DNA from: Bdellovibrio sp.
GTDB taxonomy: Bacteria; Bdellovibrionota; Bdellovibrionia; Bdellovibrionales; Bdellovibrionaceae
NCBI GenBank assembly: GCA_036677065.1
Contig: JAKFBS010000001.1
Coordinates: forward strand, 352,001 to 416,000
Length of the DNA stretch: 64,000 nucleotides
Direction of reading: 5' to 3'
In this document: one piece after another, positions 48,636-57,994 of the stretch
How positions within the stretch are numbered: the first letter of the stretch is position 1
Layout of the letters: every line of letters begins with the position of its first letter
Made by a program: the position numbers and the translations under genes
The notes under the pieces: model-generated
Seen by the model: the letters and a program-made list of their open reading frames with translations, nothing else
The model's database searches: none
What the model was told of the DNA's origin: nothing

Positions 48636-48687
48636 CGGGTGAAAAATAGGCTTTCCCTTACGGGGCAAACTGGGGTATGAATGGCGT

Positions 48688-49338
48688 ATGGGAAAAATTG
48701 AAATTCTCAGATTGATGGCCGGCTTTAAAAAGTTTCGCGAAAAATATTTCGCCGGCGAACACCCACTGTATGGAAGACTTTCTAACAGCACTGGCGTGGG
48801 GCAAACACCAAAAACTTTAATCATTGGTTGCAGCGATTCACGCGTTGATCCGGCAATTATTACTTCGGCATCACCGGGTGAGCTATTTATCGTGCGTAAT
48901 GTGGCGAATCTTGTGCCACCTTACGAAAAAGGCGGCGGCTTTCACGGGGTGAGCGCGGCGATCGAGTTCGCTGTGGTAAATTTAAAAGTAGAAAATATAA
49001 TCGTGCTTGGGCATCGCCAATGCGGTGGCATCAGAGCTTTAATGTTAAATCAAAATTCTGAGCAAACCAGTTTCGTTGATCGCTGGGTTAATATTGCTCA
49101 AGACGCTAAAGAGCGCGTGCTTGCGGCCCATGCCGGAGAAGATGACGACAGTCTTTGTCGTCATGGTGAATTAGAATCAATCGTAACATCATTAAATAAT
49201 CTAAGAACATTTCCATTTGTTAAATCCGCGATTGAAGAGCGCGGTCTGGCGTTAATGGGAATCTACTTCGATCTTGAATTAGGCCACTTGCTTGAATTCG
49301 ACGACGAAGCCCGTAACTTTCGTTCGATTGAAATGTAA
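48688..49338 (+). CDS. Beta-class carbonic anhydrase
   Basis: CSDSRV, RNVANLVPP, GH..CGGI. Confidence 0.95.
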   Translation: MGKIEILRLMAGFKKFREKYFAGEHPLYGRLSNSTGVGQTPKTLIIGCSDSRVDPAIITSASPGELFIVRNVANLVPPYEKGGGFHGVSAAIEFAVVNLKVENIIVLGHRQCGGIRALMLNQNSEQTSFVDRWVNIAQDAKERVLAAHAGEDDDSLCRHGELESIVTSLNNLRTFPFVKSAIEERGLALMGIYFDLELGHLLEFDDEARNFRSIEM

Positions 49339-49352
49339 TTTTAAATACACAT

Positions 49353-49877
49353 TTAGTGTGGAGCATGGTGCTCATCACTTTGTTTTTGCGTCAGACGCTG
49401 ACGTTCGTATCTTCCGGTAATTTGTGCGGTTTTCAGAATATGATTTTTCATGGTTTCATGAATTGTTTTAATATCTGCGCGCGCTGGCCCTAAATTTTCA
49501 ATATCTAAGGCAAACAAGGTAAAAATATAACGATGGGCTAAATCTCCTGGGGGAGGTTTAGGGCCGTCATAACCAGTACTGCCAAATGAATTGATGCCTT
49601 GATCGATACGTAAAGGATCATGCAGTTCTTCTTTTTTTTCTAAGCCTTCATGCAGCGTCGAAATTGATGGTGAAATATTATAAACAACCCAATGTGTGAA
49701 AGTGGGATCTTGCGGCGAAGTTTTTGGTGCGTCGATATCTTCACACATTAACACTAAACTTTTACAACCACTGGGGATATCTGACCATTCTAACGCAGGC
49801 GATAGATTGTCGCCATCAGCGGTGAATTGTTGTGGTATTTTGCCATAGTCGTCGAATGATGAACTGTTCAAATGCAT
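49353..49877 (-). CDS. YbhB/YbcL (PEBP) family protein
   Basis: SP.L.W, D.DAP, F.HWV.YNI, Y.GP.PP...HRY.F.LFALD. Confidence 0.93.
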   Translation of the reverse strand: MHLNSSSFDDYGKIPQQFTADGDNLSPALEWSDIPSGCKSLVLMCEDIDAPKTSPQDPTFTHWVVYNISPSISTLHEGLEKKEELHDPLRIDQGINSFGSTGYDGPKPPPGDLAHRYIFTLFALDIENLGPARADIKTIHETMKNHILKTAQITGRYERQRLTQKQSDEHHAPH

Positions 49878-49922
49878 AAGAAGTCCCTTCTAAATTTTAA
49901 ATTTGAGTTTCAATAAAAATAT

Positions 49923-49938
49923 TGCAAAGCTTAAGCCA
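49923..49938 (-). promoter_or_regulatory. Putative sigma54 -24/-12 promoter
   Basis: TGGCTTAAGCTTTGCA upstream of the PEBP gene. Confidence 0.55.
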
Positions 49939-49954
49939 TTAGAAGGAGTGTGTT

Positions 49955-50314
49955 ATGGCGAAATATGTCGATGGATTTGTAATACCCATTGCGAAAAATA
50001 AAGTAGCAGCTTACCGCAAAATTGCAGCGAAGGCTGGAAAACTTTGGATGAAGTATGGGGCTCTAGAATACTTTGAAACAGTCGGTGAAGATTTAAAAAT
50101 GCCTTTTGGAATGCCGTTTACTAAAATGGCCAAATTGAAAGCTAACGAAACCGTAGTTTTTTCTTGGATCGTTTATAAAAACAAAGCCCATCGTAATAAA
50201 GTGAACAAACTAATTATGAAAGATCCTTGGATGCAAACAATGGATCCAAATACGATGCCCTTTGATCATAAGAAAATGGCCGTGGGTGGTTTTAAAGTAC
50301 TTGTCGAAGAGTAG
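49955..50314 (+). CDS. DUF1428 (YbaA) family protein
   Basis: YVDGFV, GAL.Y.E, ETVVFSWI, MPFD.K.M..GGF. Confidence 0.92.
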   Translation: MAKYVDGFVIPIAKNKVAAYRKIAAKAGKLWMKYGALEYFETVGEDLKMPFGMPFTKMAKLKANETVVFSWIVYKNKAHRNKVNKLIMKDPWMQTMDPNTMPFDHKKMAVGGFKVLVEE

Positions 50315-50354
50315 ATTTACTTAATATGATATCTTCAACAAGGGGATATCATCT

Positions 50355-50786
50355 ATGAATCAAAAAATTAAATGTTTTATGCAACCTTACGCTTTACCGA
50401 AGTGTGCATCGACTGGGCTTCTAATTGTTCGTTTAGTTGTGGGTATTGCAATGATTATGCACGGCTGGGGAAAAATCCAATCTCCGTTTTCATGGATGGG
50501 CCCTGATGCGCCAGTTCCGGGTGTTTTACAATTATTAGCTGCGATTTCAGAATTTGGCGGCGGTATTGCGCTTGTTCTTGGATTATTAACATCATTAGCG
50601 ATGGTAGGAATGGCGATCACAATGGCGGTTGCGGTTTACACGCATGCGGTTGTTAAAGGCGATCCGTTCGTGGGCGGCTATGAATTAGCTGCAGTTTATA
50701 TGGCAATTGCTGTGATGTTCATGATCGTTGGCCCAGGTAAATTCTCTTTAGATAATAAAATTTTCGGCAATAAGGAATCTAATTAA
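50355..50786 (+). CDS. DoxX family membrane protein
   Basis: R..G.....HG..K, E..GG..L..GLLT, GPGK.SLD. Confidence 0.92.
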   Translation: MNQKIKCFMQPYALPKCASTGLLIVRLVVGIAMIMHGWGKIQSPFSWMGPDAPVPGVLQLLAAISEFGGGIALVLGLLTSLAMVGMAITMAVAVYTHAVVKGDPFVGGYELAAVYMAIAVMFMIVGPGKFSLDNKIFGNKESN

Positions 50787-50787
50787 T

Positions 50788-51153
50788 ATGGCAAAAGCTT
50801 CAAAATACATCGATATCTGTATTCAGCCGATTCCTAAGAAAAATTTAGCTGAATACCGTAAAACGACAAAATTAATCGGCCAGATTTTAGTTAAACATGG
50901 AGCTCTTGCGAGCCGTGATTACGTTGGCGAAGATAAAAATGCGACTTCAGTTTCTGCACCATTCGGTAAATCAGTAAAACTGAAAAAAAATGAAGTTGTT
51001 ATTTACGCCGTTGCTGAGTTTAAATCAAAAAAACACCGTGAACAGGTTTTTGCTAAAATGATGAAAGATCCAAAGATGAAAGAAATTTCATTTATGATGG
51101 ATGAAAACCGCATGGTTATGGGCGGTTTTGAACTTTTAGTGGCCGTTGATTAG
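50788..51153 (+). CDS. DUF1428 family protein (divergent paralogue)
   Basis: HGAL, E.VI, HR....KMM.DP, RM.MGGF. Confidence 0.8.
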   Translation: MAKASKYIDICIQPIPKKNLAEYRKTTKLIGQILVKHGALASRDYVGEDKNATSVSAPFGKSVKLKKNEVVIYAVAEFKSKKHREQVFAKMMKDPKMKEISFMMDENRMVMGGFELLVAVD

Positions 51154-51161
51154 TTTTGGTG

Positions 51162-51731
51162 ATGCACAAAGGTCGTCTTGAAGCGTTTAGTGATGGCGTA
51201 ATTGCCATCATTATTACGATCATGGTTTTAGAATTTAAAGTTCCGCATGAAACTGACTTATCTGCCTTATTAGATCTGTGGCACATTTTTCTAAGTTACA
51301 CTCTTAGTTTTATTTACGTCGGTATTTACTGGAACAATCACCATCATTTATTTCAGGCTACGAATAAAATTCATGGCGGGATTTTGTGGGCGAACTTACA
51401 TTTATTATTTTGGTTGTCGTTGATTCCATTTTCTACGGCTTGGTTGGGCGAAAATAAATTTGCCGATGGACCAGTTGCAGTTTATGGCGTTGTTTTATTG
51501 ATGGCTGCTATTGCCTATACAGTTTTACAGAGTCTGTTAGTTAAACATCACGGTAACGATTCAACGCTAGCTAAAGCGATCGGCACTGATGGTAAGGGTA
51601 AAATTTCTGTAGCCTGCTATGTAGCAGGTATTTTATTGTCACATCTTATGCCGTGGGCATCATGCGTTCTATATGTGTTTGTTGCGATGTTATGGCTTGT
51701 TCCAGATCGTCGCATCGAACAAGCCATATAA
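51162..51731 (+). CDS. TMEM175-family (DUF1211) K+ channel
   Basis: RLEAFSDGVIAIIITIMVL, YW.NHH; 6 TM. Confidence 0.92.
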   Translation: MHKGRLEAFSDGVIAIIITIMVLEFKVPHETDLSALLDLWHIFLSYTLSFIYVGIYWNNHHHLFQATNKIHGGILWANLHLLFWLSLIPFSTAWLGENKFADGPVAVYGVVLLMAAIAYTVLQSLLVKHHGNDSTLAKAIGTDGKGKISVACYVAGILLSHLMPWASCVLYVFVAMLWLVPDRRIEQAI

Positions 51732-51734
51732 TTA

Positions 51735-52505
51735 TTAGTTAATTAATTTTTTACGAATTTGCGTATAAGCCAGTGTGCACAACACCGCGCTTTGCACGAC
51801 AAGGATTCCGCCATGAAAGGCGAGGGCTTCAAGAATATCTTTATTCCAGAATAGCGCCTGAGCAATGCGAACGCCGTGAATCAACGGAAAGAAGTTTGCG
51901 ATAAAACGAACGATATTATTCATTTGTTCGATCGGAAAAAATATTCCTGACAAAAAATATAACGGGGCTATTAAAAATGAATATACCGTTTGAAATTGAT
52001 TAATGTTTTTTACCCAAGCTGTCGCTAATAATCCCATCGCTCCGCACGGAACAGCCACTAAACATCCGACAATGGCTACGGCTGGAATTAACCATGGATT
52101 TACCATTAATCCACAAAGTGCCAGTACAACTGCTACACCAACCGCCATCAATGCGCCCTTAAGACCGACCCAAATTAATTCTCCAAAAACGACTTCTCTG
52201 ACGCCGATCGGAGTCGTTAGCATGGCTTTGAAAACATTTTCATAGCTCATGCGAACGTAAAAGCCGTAACTGCTTTCAAAAAACGAGGTAAAAAGCGCAG
52301 TGGCCACAGTTAGGCCCGGAGCTAAAAATTGCATATAGCTCATGCCTTCAACATTAGTTAAATAAGAACCAAGGCCTAATCCCAATGACACTAAAATTAA
52401 TGCCGGATCTGCAACTGTGGGTGAAATATTAGAAATAAAATCTTTTTTATAGACTGTCCAATTGCGAAGGGTGATGTAAAAAAATAATTGAATGGTGTTA
52501 AGCAT
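51735..52505 (-). CDS. ABC-2 exporter permease (NodJ-like)
   Basis: Y..FLAPGL, PL.FLSG.FFP, PL.H. Confidence 0.9.
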   Translation of the reverse strand: MLNTIQLFFYITLRNWTVYKKDFISNISPTVADPALILVSLGLGLGSYLTNVEGMSYMQFLAPGLTVATALFTSFFESSYGFYVRMSYENVFKAMLTTPIGVREVVFGELIWVGLKGALMAVGVAVVLALCGLMVNPWLIPAVAIVGCLVAVPCGAMGLLATAWVKNINQFQTVYSFLIAPLYFLSGIFFPIEQMNNIVRFIANFFPLIHGVRIAQALFWNKDILEALAFHGGILVVQSAVLCTLAYTQIRKKLIN

Positions 52506-53409
52506 CGGCTGTTAATTCCTGTCCAGTGACTTTTAAAAAAACGTCTTCTAGATTCGAAGGTCTGATTTGAAGCGGAGTTAAATTATTTTTCGTGTGCAAA
52601 GTTGTTAATTCATCTAATGAATTTGTGCGCACGTATAATCCCGAAGTGTCTTCAGTTAGGGTGTATGAGTTATTGCTGGCGACAATTTTTTGCACTTGTT
52701 CGCGATTCTCAATAGAAAAAATTCCAACATAGCCTGGGGTGTGTAGATTAATTAATTCTTTCGGGCTGCCTTGGCCCACCACTAAACCTTTATTCATAAT
52801 CACTAGGCGATTACATAAAACTTCAGCTTCATGCATATAGTGCGTAGTTAAAACAATGGTTGTGCCCTGATTATGTAATTCTTTAACTTTACCCCATAAT
52901 AAATGGCGAACTGCCGGATCTAATCCAGTGGTAGGTTCATCTAGAATTAATAATTCAGGTTTGCCTAAAAGGGCGCGTACAAACACTAAGCGGCGTTTCA
53001 TGCCGCCAGACAAAGCCATGATCGGCATATCTTTTTTATGCATCAGATTCATGTATTCTAAAAGTTCTTCGACTCGTTTTTTACGTTCATTTTTAGCTAC
53101 GCCAATAAAAGCGCAGTAGATCATCATGTTTTCAAATACAGTTAATGATTCATCGAGCGCATTTTCTTGGGTGACCACGCCCATGCGTCTTTTAATATCA
53201 CGGCTATGTGTTTTTGGATCGTAACCAAACACACTTAAATTACCTGAAGTGCGCTGTACGCTTCCGTAAGTCATACTGATAAAAGTGGATTTACCTGCGC
53301 CATTGGGTCCAAGCAATCCGAAACATTCGCCTTTATTAATTTGCAAATTTAATCCATCAACGGCTGCAAAATCACCGAATTTCTTAATTAACGAAGTAGC
53401 TGTTATCAT
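52498..53409 (-). CDS. ABC-2 exporter ATP-binding subunit (NodI-like)
   Basis: GPNGAGKS, LSGGMKRR, LDEPTTGLDP, TTHYM.EAE.LC. Confidence 0.94.
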   Translation of the reverse strand: MITATSLIKKFGDFAAVDGLNLQINKGECFGLLGPNGAGKSTFISMTYGSVQRTSGNLSVFGYDPKTHSRDIKRRMGVVTQENALDESLTVFENMMIYCAFIGVAKNERKKRVEELLEYMNLMHKKDMPIMALSGGMKRRLVFVRALLGKPELLILDEPTTGLDPAVRHLLWGKVKELHNQGTTIVLTTHYMHEAEVLCNRLVIMNKGLVVGQGSPKELINLHTPGYVGIFSIENREQVQKIVASNNSYTLTEDTSGLYVRTNSLDELTTLHTKNNLTPLQIRPSNLEDVFLKVTGQELTADA

Positions 53410-53823
53410 TTACTGTTTATCCGCAGCCTGATTAAACATCCAGTTCACGCCGTATTTATCAGTTAGCATGCCGAATTGCAGGGCCCAAAAAGTTTTTTGC
53501 AATGGCATTGTGATTTTTCCACCTTCAGCTAATTTGTTAAATGCTGTAGAAGGATCAGAAATTTTATCATAATTTACTGATAACTGAATGTTATTGCCGA
53601 AGGTAACATCATTTCCAGAATGTGAATCTGAGGCCATTAATTCAGTGCCGCGAATTTTAAATACCGTATGAATGATTTTATCCTTTGATTCTGCAGCTAC
53701 ATCAGTCGGTGTGTCACCGTAACGCGAGGTAAAAAGCACTTCGCCGTTAAATGTCTGGCAATAAAATTTGACGGCCTCTTCGCAGTTGCCGTTGAATAAA
53801 AGATAAGTTTGTAATCCTGCCAT
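53410..53823 (-). CDS. VOC/PhnB family protein
   Basis: YL.F.GNCEEA..FY, MASD, FW...FG.L.DKYGV.W. Confidence 0.92.
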   Translation of the reverse strand: MAGLQTYLLFNGNCEEAVKFYCQTFNGEVLFTSRYGDTPTDVAAESKDKIIHTVFKIRGTELMASDSHSGNDVTFGNNIQLSVNYDKISDPSTAFNKLAEGGKITMPLQKTFWALQFGMLTDKYGVNWMFNQAADKQ

Positions 53824-53881
53824 ACGGGCTCCTTTGCGGGTTGTTTCAAAGATTGCTCATCTTAGCCCAAGATGCCAGACT

Positions 53882-54112
53882 ATGAAAATGAAAATCACCG
53901 TGGCTGTGAAGCCTAACAGCAAAAAAGAATTGGTCGAGCAAATGCCCGATGGAACATATACGGTTCGCGTTAATGTGCCTCCGGTAGAAGGTAAAGCCAA
54001 TGAGCGGGTCATTGAGCTGTTGTCTGAACACTTCAGACGGCCCAAGTCATTGATCACACTGGTCAGTGGGCTAAAAAGTAAAAAGAAAATATTTTCGATC
54101 GGGAGTAAATAA
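53882..54112 (+). CDS. DUF167 (YggU) family protein
   Basis: V.VKPNSK, PPVEGKAN, G.KSK.K. Confidence 0.9.
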   Translation: MKMKITVAVKPNSKKELVEQMPDGTYTVRVNVPPVEGKANERVIELLSEHFRRPKSLITLVSGLKSKKKIFSIGSK

Positions 54113-54116
54113 AACG

Positions 54117-54875
54117 ATGAAAAACTTATTTGTTATTATCATAGGGTCATGTCTATTTGTGGGTTGCGCTTCAATTCGAACCGACTCGTCAAATCCTTCG
54201 CTGCAAAGCCCGATCACGGCGACGTCAGAAAAATTAGGGTTTAATTTAGAACTGGGGTCGTCAGATCGAATTAAATTTACCGATGATGCCAGCGCAAGAC
54301 CACCGACGATTGCATTAGTGCATAGCCGCAGTAATGATGTGCGTGCGAATTTACTTTACGGTATTAATCAAAGCCTTGATATCAGTGCCGGCATCACGAG
54401 CAGTGCTGGATTAAATTTATCTTCGCGCCTGCGTTTAATGGGTGATCACGCCTCAACTTGGTCGATGGCCGGAACATTTTTTTTAAATTTTGATAATAGT
54501 TCAAAATCTGGTGATCAATTGGGTGAATTTGGGCCAAGTGGTTATAACTGGAAGGCCGATGCAAGCTCTACTTTATCAGCCTTAGGCGTTGCCGTTGGTT
54601 ACCGTAGTTCAGAAAATTTATTATTTATTGCCAATGCCGGCGTTGGCCAAACCACAGCCAAGTTAGAAATTACGCAGGAGCCTGGAACCAGCGACCCTGG
54701 CGGAAGTTACAGCAGTGATACCAAAGCACCATTACACAATTTAGGCGCAGGCGCCGTGTTTGGCCGTGATGGGTTAGTCACTTTAGGTGTAATGTACACG
54801 CGTAAACAGTGGCAAGATTCAAGCTTAGGTGATACATCTACGACACACGCCATTTTAAAATTAGAGACACGTTAA
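54117..54875 (+). CDS. Putative lipoprotein with beta-barrel-like body
   Basis: Lipobox-like FVGC; alternating beta-strand pattern. Confidence 0.55.
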   Translation: MKNLFVIIIGSCLFVGCASIRTDSSNPSLQSPITATSEKLGFNLELGSSDRIKFTDDASARPPTIALVHSRSNDVRANLLYGINQSLDISAGITSSAGLNLSSRLRLMGDHASTWSMAGTFFLNFDNSSKSGDQLGEFGPSGYNWKADASSTLSALGVAVGYRSSENLLFIANAGVGQTTAKLEITQEPGTSDPGGSYSSDTKAPLHNLGAGAVFGRDGLVTLGVMYTRKQWQDSSLGDTSTTHAILKLETR

Positions 54876-54876
54876 T

Positions 54877-55500
54877 ATGAAATATTGGATTTTTGATTTA
54901 GACGGAACCTTAGTAGATTCATTCGCTGGTTATTTTTCAACTGTCGAAAAAATTTTAAATAAAACGATGAGTACTGAAGAGCGCAAAGTTTGTGTAAGTC
55001 TGCATCCGACAGATTTATTTGCAATGCATTTGCCGCCAGAAAAAAGCAAAGAAGCTTTAATGGAACTTCGCCGCATGGACCCCGCAGCAGTAGCTAATGT
55101 TGCAAAATTTTCTGCAATTGATAATTTATTTCAGCATTTAAAAACTAAGGGCTGTCATATCTCTATTTTTACCAGCCGTGATTTAACTTCGGCTAAGCTA
55201 ACTGTTAAAGGTACGGGCTTAGATCAATACGTCGATCATTTAATTTCTGGAGACTGTGTGTCTGAAAAAAAACCAAATCCAGAAGGTCTACACCAGCTGC
55301 AAAAACTATATAATTGTAAATACGAAGACATGGTCATGATCGGTGATCATGACTGCGATATGCAAGCCGGCACTCAAGTCGGCGCTTATTCAGTGCGCGC
55401 AAGCTGGCATACCCACTGGGAACACGAAAATTGTGAATTAGCGCATCAGCAATTTCATTCAGATGATCAATTCTTATCTTGGGTTAAAGAAACTATCTAA
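54877..55500 (+). CDS. HAD family phosphatase (Gph/PpaX-like)
   Basis: FDLDGTLVDS, KKP.PEG, IGD...D. Confidence 0.92.
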   Translation: MKYWIFDLDGTLVDSFAGYFSTVEKILNKTMSTEERKVCVSLHPTDLFAMHLPPEKSKEALMELRRMDPAAVANVAKFSAIDNLFQHLKTKGCHISIFTSRDLTSAKLTVKGTGLDQYVDHLISGDCVSEKKPNPEGLHQLQKLYNCKYEDMVMIGDHDCDMQAGTQVGAYSVRASWHTHWEHENCELAHQQFHSDDQFLSWVKETI

Positions 55501-56405
55501 AGAATTTCGCTTAAAGCTTTTTGGCTGGCCGCGAATATTTTGTCGCTGACGATTTTTAATCGAGCTGATGAAGACATGGAAACCGGCGATACAATTGAAA
55601 CCGGAAAGCCAACATTGCTCCATCCAGGTAAAATTCTGACTAATCTTTTTTGTTCCAGCTCATGTTTAACCAGATAACTTGGAACAAGGGCTACACCACC
55701 GCCAGCGATCGCTACCTGCAGTAAGCTTGTCATTTGATTGCTTTCAGTTTTAACGTTGATGGCAACCTTTACGGCTTCTTTTTTGTTTTTTAAATCCCAG
55801 CGTTGCGCCATGGATAAGCCTGAAATACTTAAACAATCATGTTTTACTAAATCCTGGGGTGAATTTATTTTTCCACGTTTTTCTAAGTACTGTGGTGATG
55901 CGACCGGAATCAAATTCACTTCGCCAATGCGTTTAGCTTTTAATCCACTTTGTTTAAGAGTGCCGATACGAATCGCAAAATCAAAACCATCTTTAACCAG
56001 ATCAACCACTTGATTGGTGTAAAACAATTCAAAAGAAAGTTTGTCATAACTTTGCAAAAGTTCACCAATCATCGGCGCAATGACATGCGTGCCTAAATCT
56101 TCTGGGGCGGTGATTCGAATTTTTCCGGCAACGATAGCATCTTGGCCAAATAGGGATTTTTGGGCGTCTTCTAAGATTTGTAAGGGTTCTAAACAGGTCT
56201 CATAAAAGGCCCGGCCCGCAGCGGTGAGCGTTTGGCTTCGGGTAGTACGGATTAAAAGTTTTGTTCCGGTTTCACGCTCTAAACGAGACAGAGCTTTACT
56301 GACTGTAGATTTAGGAATTTTCAATGAATCCGCAGCCTTAGAGAAGCTGCCATACTGGATAACTTTGACAAAAATACGAGTTAGTTCAATTCCTATTGTT
56401 TCCAT
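55497..56405 (-). CDS. LysR family regulator (CrgA/DmlR-like)
   Basis: GSFSKAA..L..PKSTVS, RTTR...LT.AG, DLV..GFD.AIR.G. Confidence 0.95.
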   Translation of the reverse strand: METIGIELTRIFVKVIQYGSFSKAADSLKIPKSTVSKALSRLERETGTKLLIRTTRSQTLTAAGRAFYETCLEPLQILEDAQKSLFGQDAIVAGKIRITAPEDLGTHVIAPMIGELLQSYDKLSFELFYTNQVVDLVKDGFDFAIRIGTLKQSGLKAKRIGEVNLIPVASPQYLEKRGKINSPQDLVKHDCLSISGLSMAQRWDLKNKKEAVKVAINVKTESNQMTSLLQVAIAGGGVALVPSYLVKHELEQKRLVRILPGWSNVGFPVSIVSPVSMSSSARLKIVSDKIFAASQKALSEIL

Positions 56406-56416
56406 ATAGAAACAAT
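56395..56416. promoter_or_regulatory. LysR recognition site overlapping the LysR start
   Basis: ATTGTTTC-N6-GAAACAAT palindrome in the divergent LysR/NmrA promoter. Confidence 0.65.
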
Positions 56417-56502
56417 ATAATTCAATTAGGCCGTCTAATCAACAATCGAAAACTAGGCGATAATGATTGCATACAGTCATTCATCAAACAAAAGGAGTTT
56501 AT

Positions 56503-57348
56503 ATGAAAAAAGATTTAATTTTAGTAGTTGGGGCCTCGGGTACAGTGGGTTCTGAAATCGTTCGTCAATTAAAAGCTGAAGGTTATGCCGTTCGGGCAAC
56601 AACCAGTAAACCAGTTGCTGAAAACACTTCAGAATTAGTTCATGTGAATATGGCTACGGGCGAAGGCATCAAAGCGGCTTTTGAAAATGTCGATAAAGTG
56701 TTTTTACTATCGCCTCCGGGTTATGCCGATCAGTACGCGATGTTATCGCCTTTGGTTCAAGAAGCTAAACGCCGTGCTCTAAAAAAAGTAGTGTTAATGA
56801 CAGCCATGGGAGCTAATGCTAACGAAGCTGCCCCATTTCGCAAAGTAGAAATCGAATTAGAAAAATCAGGTTTAAATTATAACATTATTCGCCCGAATTG
56901 GTTTATGCAAAATTTTAACTCGTTCTGGTTGCAAGGTATTCGCGAACAGAAAAAAATTCTATTACCAGCCGGTAAAGCTAAAGTCAGTTTTATCGATGCC
57001 CGCGATATTTCAACAGTAGCGACTAAATTATTAATCAGTGATGAATTTAATAATAAAGATTTTGATTTAACTGGTCCACAAGCCGTCGATCATGATTATG
57101 TAGCCACACAGATCAGTAGAGCTACCGGAGATACAATTACTTATAACGAAACTACGCCAGAAGAATTTCGTAAGGGTTTAACAGCTGCAGGTCTACCGAA
57201 TGATTATGTCGATTTTATGGTAATGATTATGGGATTTTTACGTGAAGGTTACAGCGCAGCTGTAAATGATAATGTTAAAAAAATCACCGGCCGCGAAGCC
57301 ATTGCAGTTTCGCAATATGCGCAAGATTATAAAAAAGCCTGGATGTAG
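56503..57348 (+). CDS. NmrA/TMR-like atypical SDR oxidoreductase
   Basis: VGASGTVG, IRPNWFMQN, FIDARDI; SD aaggag. Confidence 0.92.
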   Translation: MKKDLILVVGASGTVGSEIVRQLKAEGYAVRATTSKPVAENTSELVHVNMATGEGIKAAFENVDKVFLLSPPGYADQYAMLSPLVQEAKRRALKKVVLMTAMGANANEAAPFRKVEIELEKSGLNYNIIRPNWFMQNFNSFWLQGIREQKKILLPAGKAKVSFIDARDISTVATKLLISDEFNNKDFDLTGPQAVDHDYVATQISRATGDTITYNETTPEEFRKGLTAAGLPNDYVDFMVMIMGFLREGYSAAVNDNVKKITGREAIAVSQYAQDYKKAWM

Positions 57349-57424
57349 CTAGGGAAATTCGCCACTGTGACGGGTGAAAAGGCTACGGCGTCGTTCCCAT
57401 TATATCCTATTGACCTTCTGCGCT

Positions 57425-57440
57425 TGGCGACTTTTTTGCA
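57425..57440 (+). promoter_or_regulatory. Putative sigma54 -24/-12 promoter of the receiver-porin-kinase operon
   Basis: TGGCGACTTTTTTGCA (GG-N10-GC) 30 nt upstream of ATG 57470. Confidence 0.6.
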
Positions 57441-57469
57441 CAAATTGCCCAATGCAGAGGGGTGTATTT

Positions 57470-57979
57470 ATGAAGACAGATAAACATTTTATATTTTTGG
57501 TTGAAGATAATGCCGATGATGAAGCGTTAACATTACGCGCCCTGAAAAAAAATAACATCAGTAATCAAGTCATTGTGGCTCGTGATGGAGCGGAGGCTTT
57601 AGAATTTTTGTTTGCCGAAGGCAAATACGCCGACCGAGACATGACGGTGCAGCCGCAAGTGATGTTGCTTGATTTAAACCTGCCAAAAATTGATGGATTA
57701 AATGTTTTAAAAAAATTGCGCAGTGACGAGCGCACGAAACTGATTCCAGTGGTGATCTTAACATCGTCAAAAGAAGAACAAGATATTATGGAAGGTTATA
57801 GCTTAGGCGCCAACAGTTATGTGCGAAAACCTGTTGATTTCAACGATTTCAGCGAAGCTATTCGTCAGCTTGGACTATATTGGTTGATATTAAATGAAGT
57901 CGCAAAAGGTCCACAGACAGATCAAATGGCGCAAATTAATCGTGCACCGGCAGAAAATAAATCATTCACTCACCACTAG
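57470..57979 (+). CDS. Single-domain response regulator (Rcp1-like)
   Basis: LVEDN.DD, LLDLNLPKIDG, LTSS.E..D, GANSY.RKP, YW; SD agagggg. Confidence 0.93.
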   Translation: MKTDKHFIFLVEDNADDEALTLRALKKNNISNQVIVARDGAEALEFLFAEGKYADRDMTVQPQVMLLDLNLPKIDGLNVLKKLRSDERTKLIPVVILTSSKEEQDIMEGYSLGANSYVRKPVDFNDFSEAIRQLGLYWLILNEVAKGPQTDQMAQINRAPAENKSFTHH

Positions 57980-57994
57980 CTGCGGGAGCCAAGC

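Noticed and set aside
51735..53409. nodIJ implying Nod-factor export
   Set aside because: No nodABC; NodIJ-like ABC-2 exporters are widespread, so no gene symbol was assigned.
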